From assembly GCA_964016885.1 (NCBI GenBank), contig OZ024742.1:83080001-83144000 (forward strand): a stretch of 64,000 nt of DNA. The letters run 5' to 3'. Positions 63,851 to 64,000 of the stretch are shown here, piece after piece. The notes beneath the pieces are model-generated. The model was not told where the DNA came from. It saw only the letters and a program-made list of their open reading frames with translations, and did not search any database. The translations under genes were made by a program, and so were the position numbers. The DNA comes from Eledone cirrhosa (taxonomy: Eukaryota). The first letter of the stretch is position 1, and each line of letters starts with the position of its first letter.

Positions 63851-64000
63851 ACTAAATACTAGAAATACTACATTGATGTGTTCACTTACGCCATTTATGT
63901 ACCTACTCGTAATTCAGCTGAAGCTGAGTTCGTTGTTGATCTATTACAAACCAATCCAATACCAAACAAATAGAAATAATTATTTATCGTGTCACTGTCT

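Overview
AT-rich, microsatellite-saturated animal DNA. The repeat landscape resembles an octopus/cephalopod genome, but that assignment is inference. No host protein-coding exon could be supported; most long ORFs in the track are microsatellite artefacts. The window is a retroelement graveyard. It holds a near full-length but disabled Tx1-like LINE bounded by (GATA)n (424-5585) and two further Tx1 fragments. It also holds one near-complete Naiad-type Penelope-like element (PLE; 19304-23556) and many PLE fragments, plus RTE, R4/Dong-like and Helitron relics, a mariner-like MITE and about 11 tRNA-derived SINE copies. The most interesting signal is at the RNA level: about 20-25 hammerhead ribozyme (HHR) motifs, intact to degenerate. 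These include a 320-bp x3.5 non-coding tandem array with one type-I HHR per unit (retrozyme-like, 11858-13004) that carries the rare U3-A8 core covariation, a second family with the same variant, and HHRs with greatly enlarged helix II (about 45 to 165 nt). Almost every PLE or HHR fragment is a fold-back (inverted duplicate) anchored in (TA)n. All motif calls and folds were made by eye.
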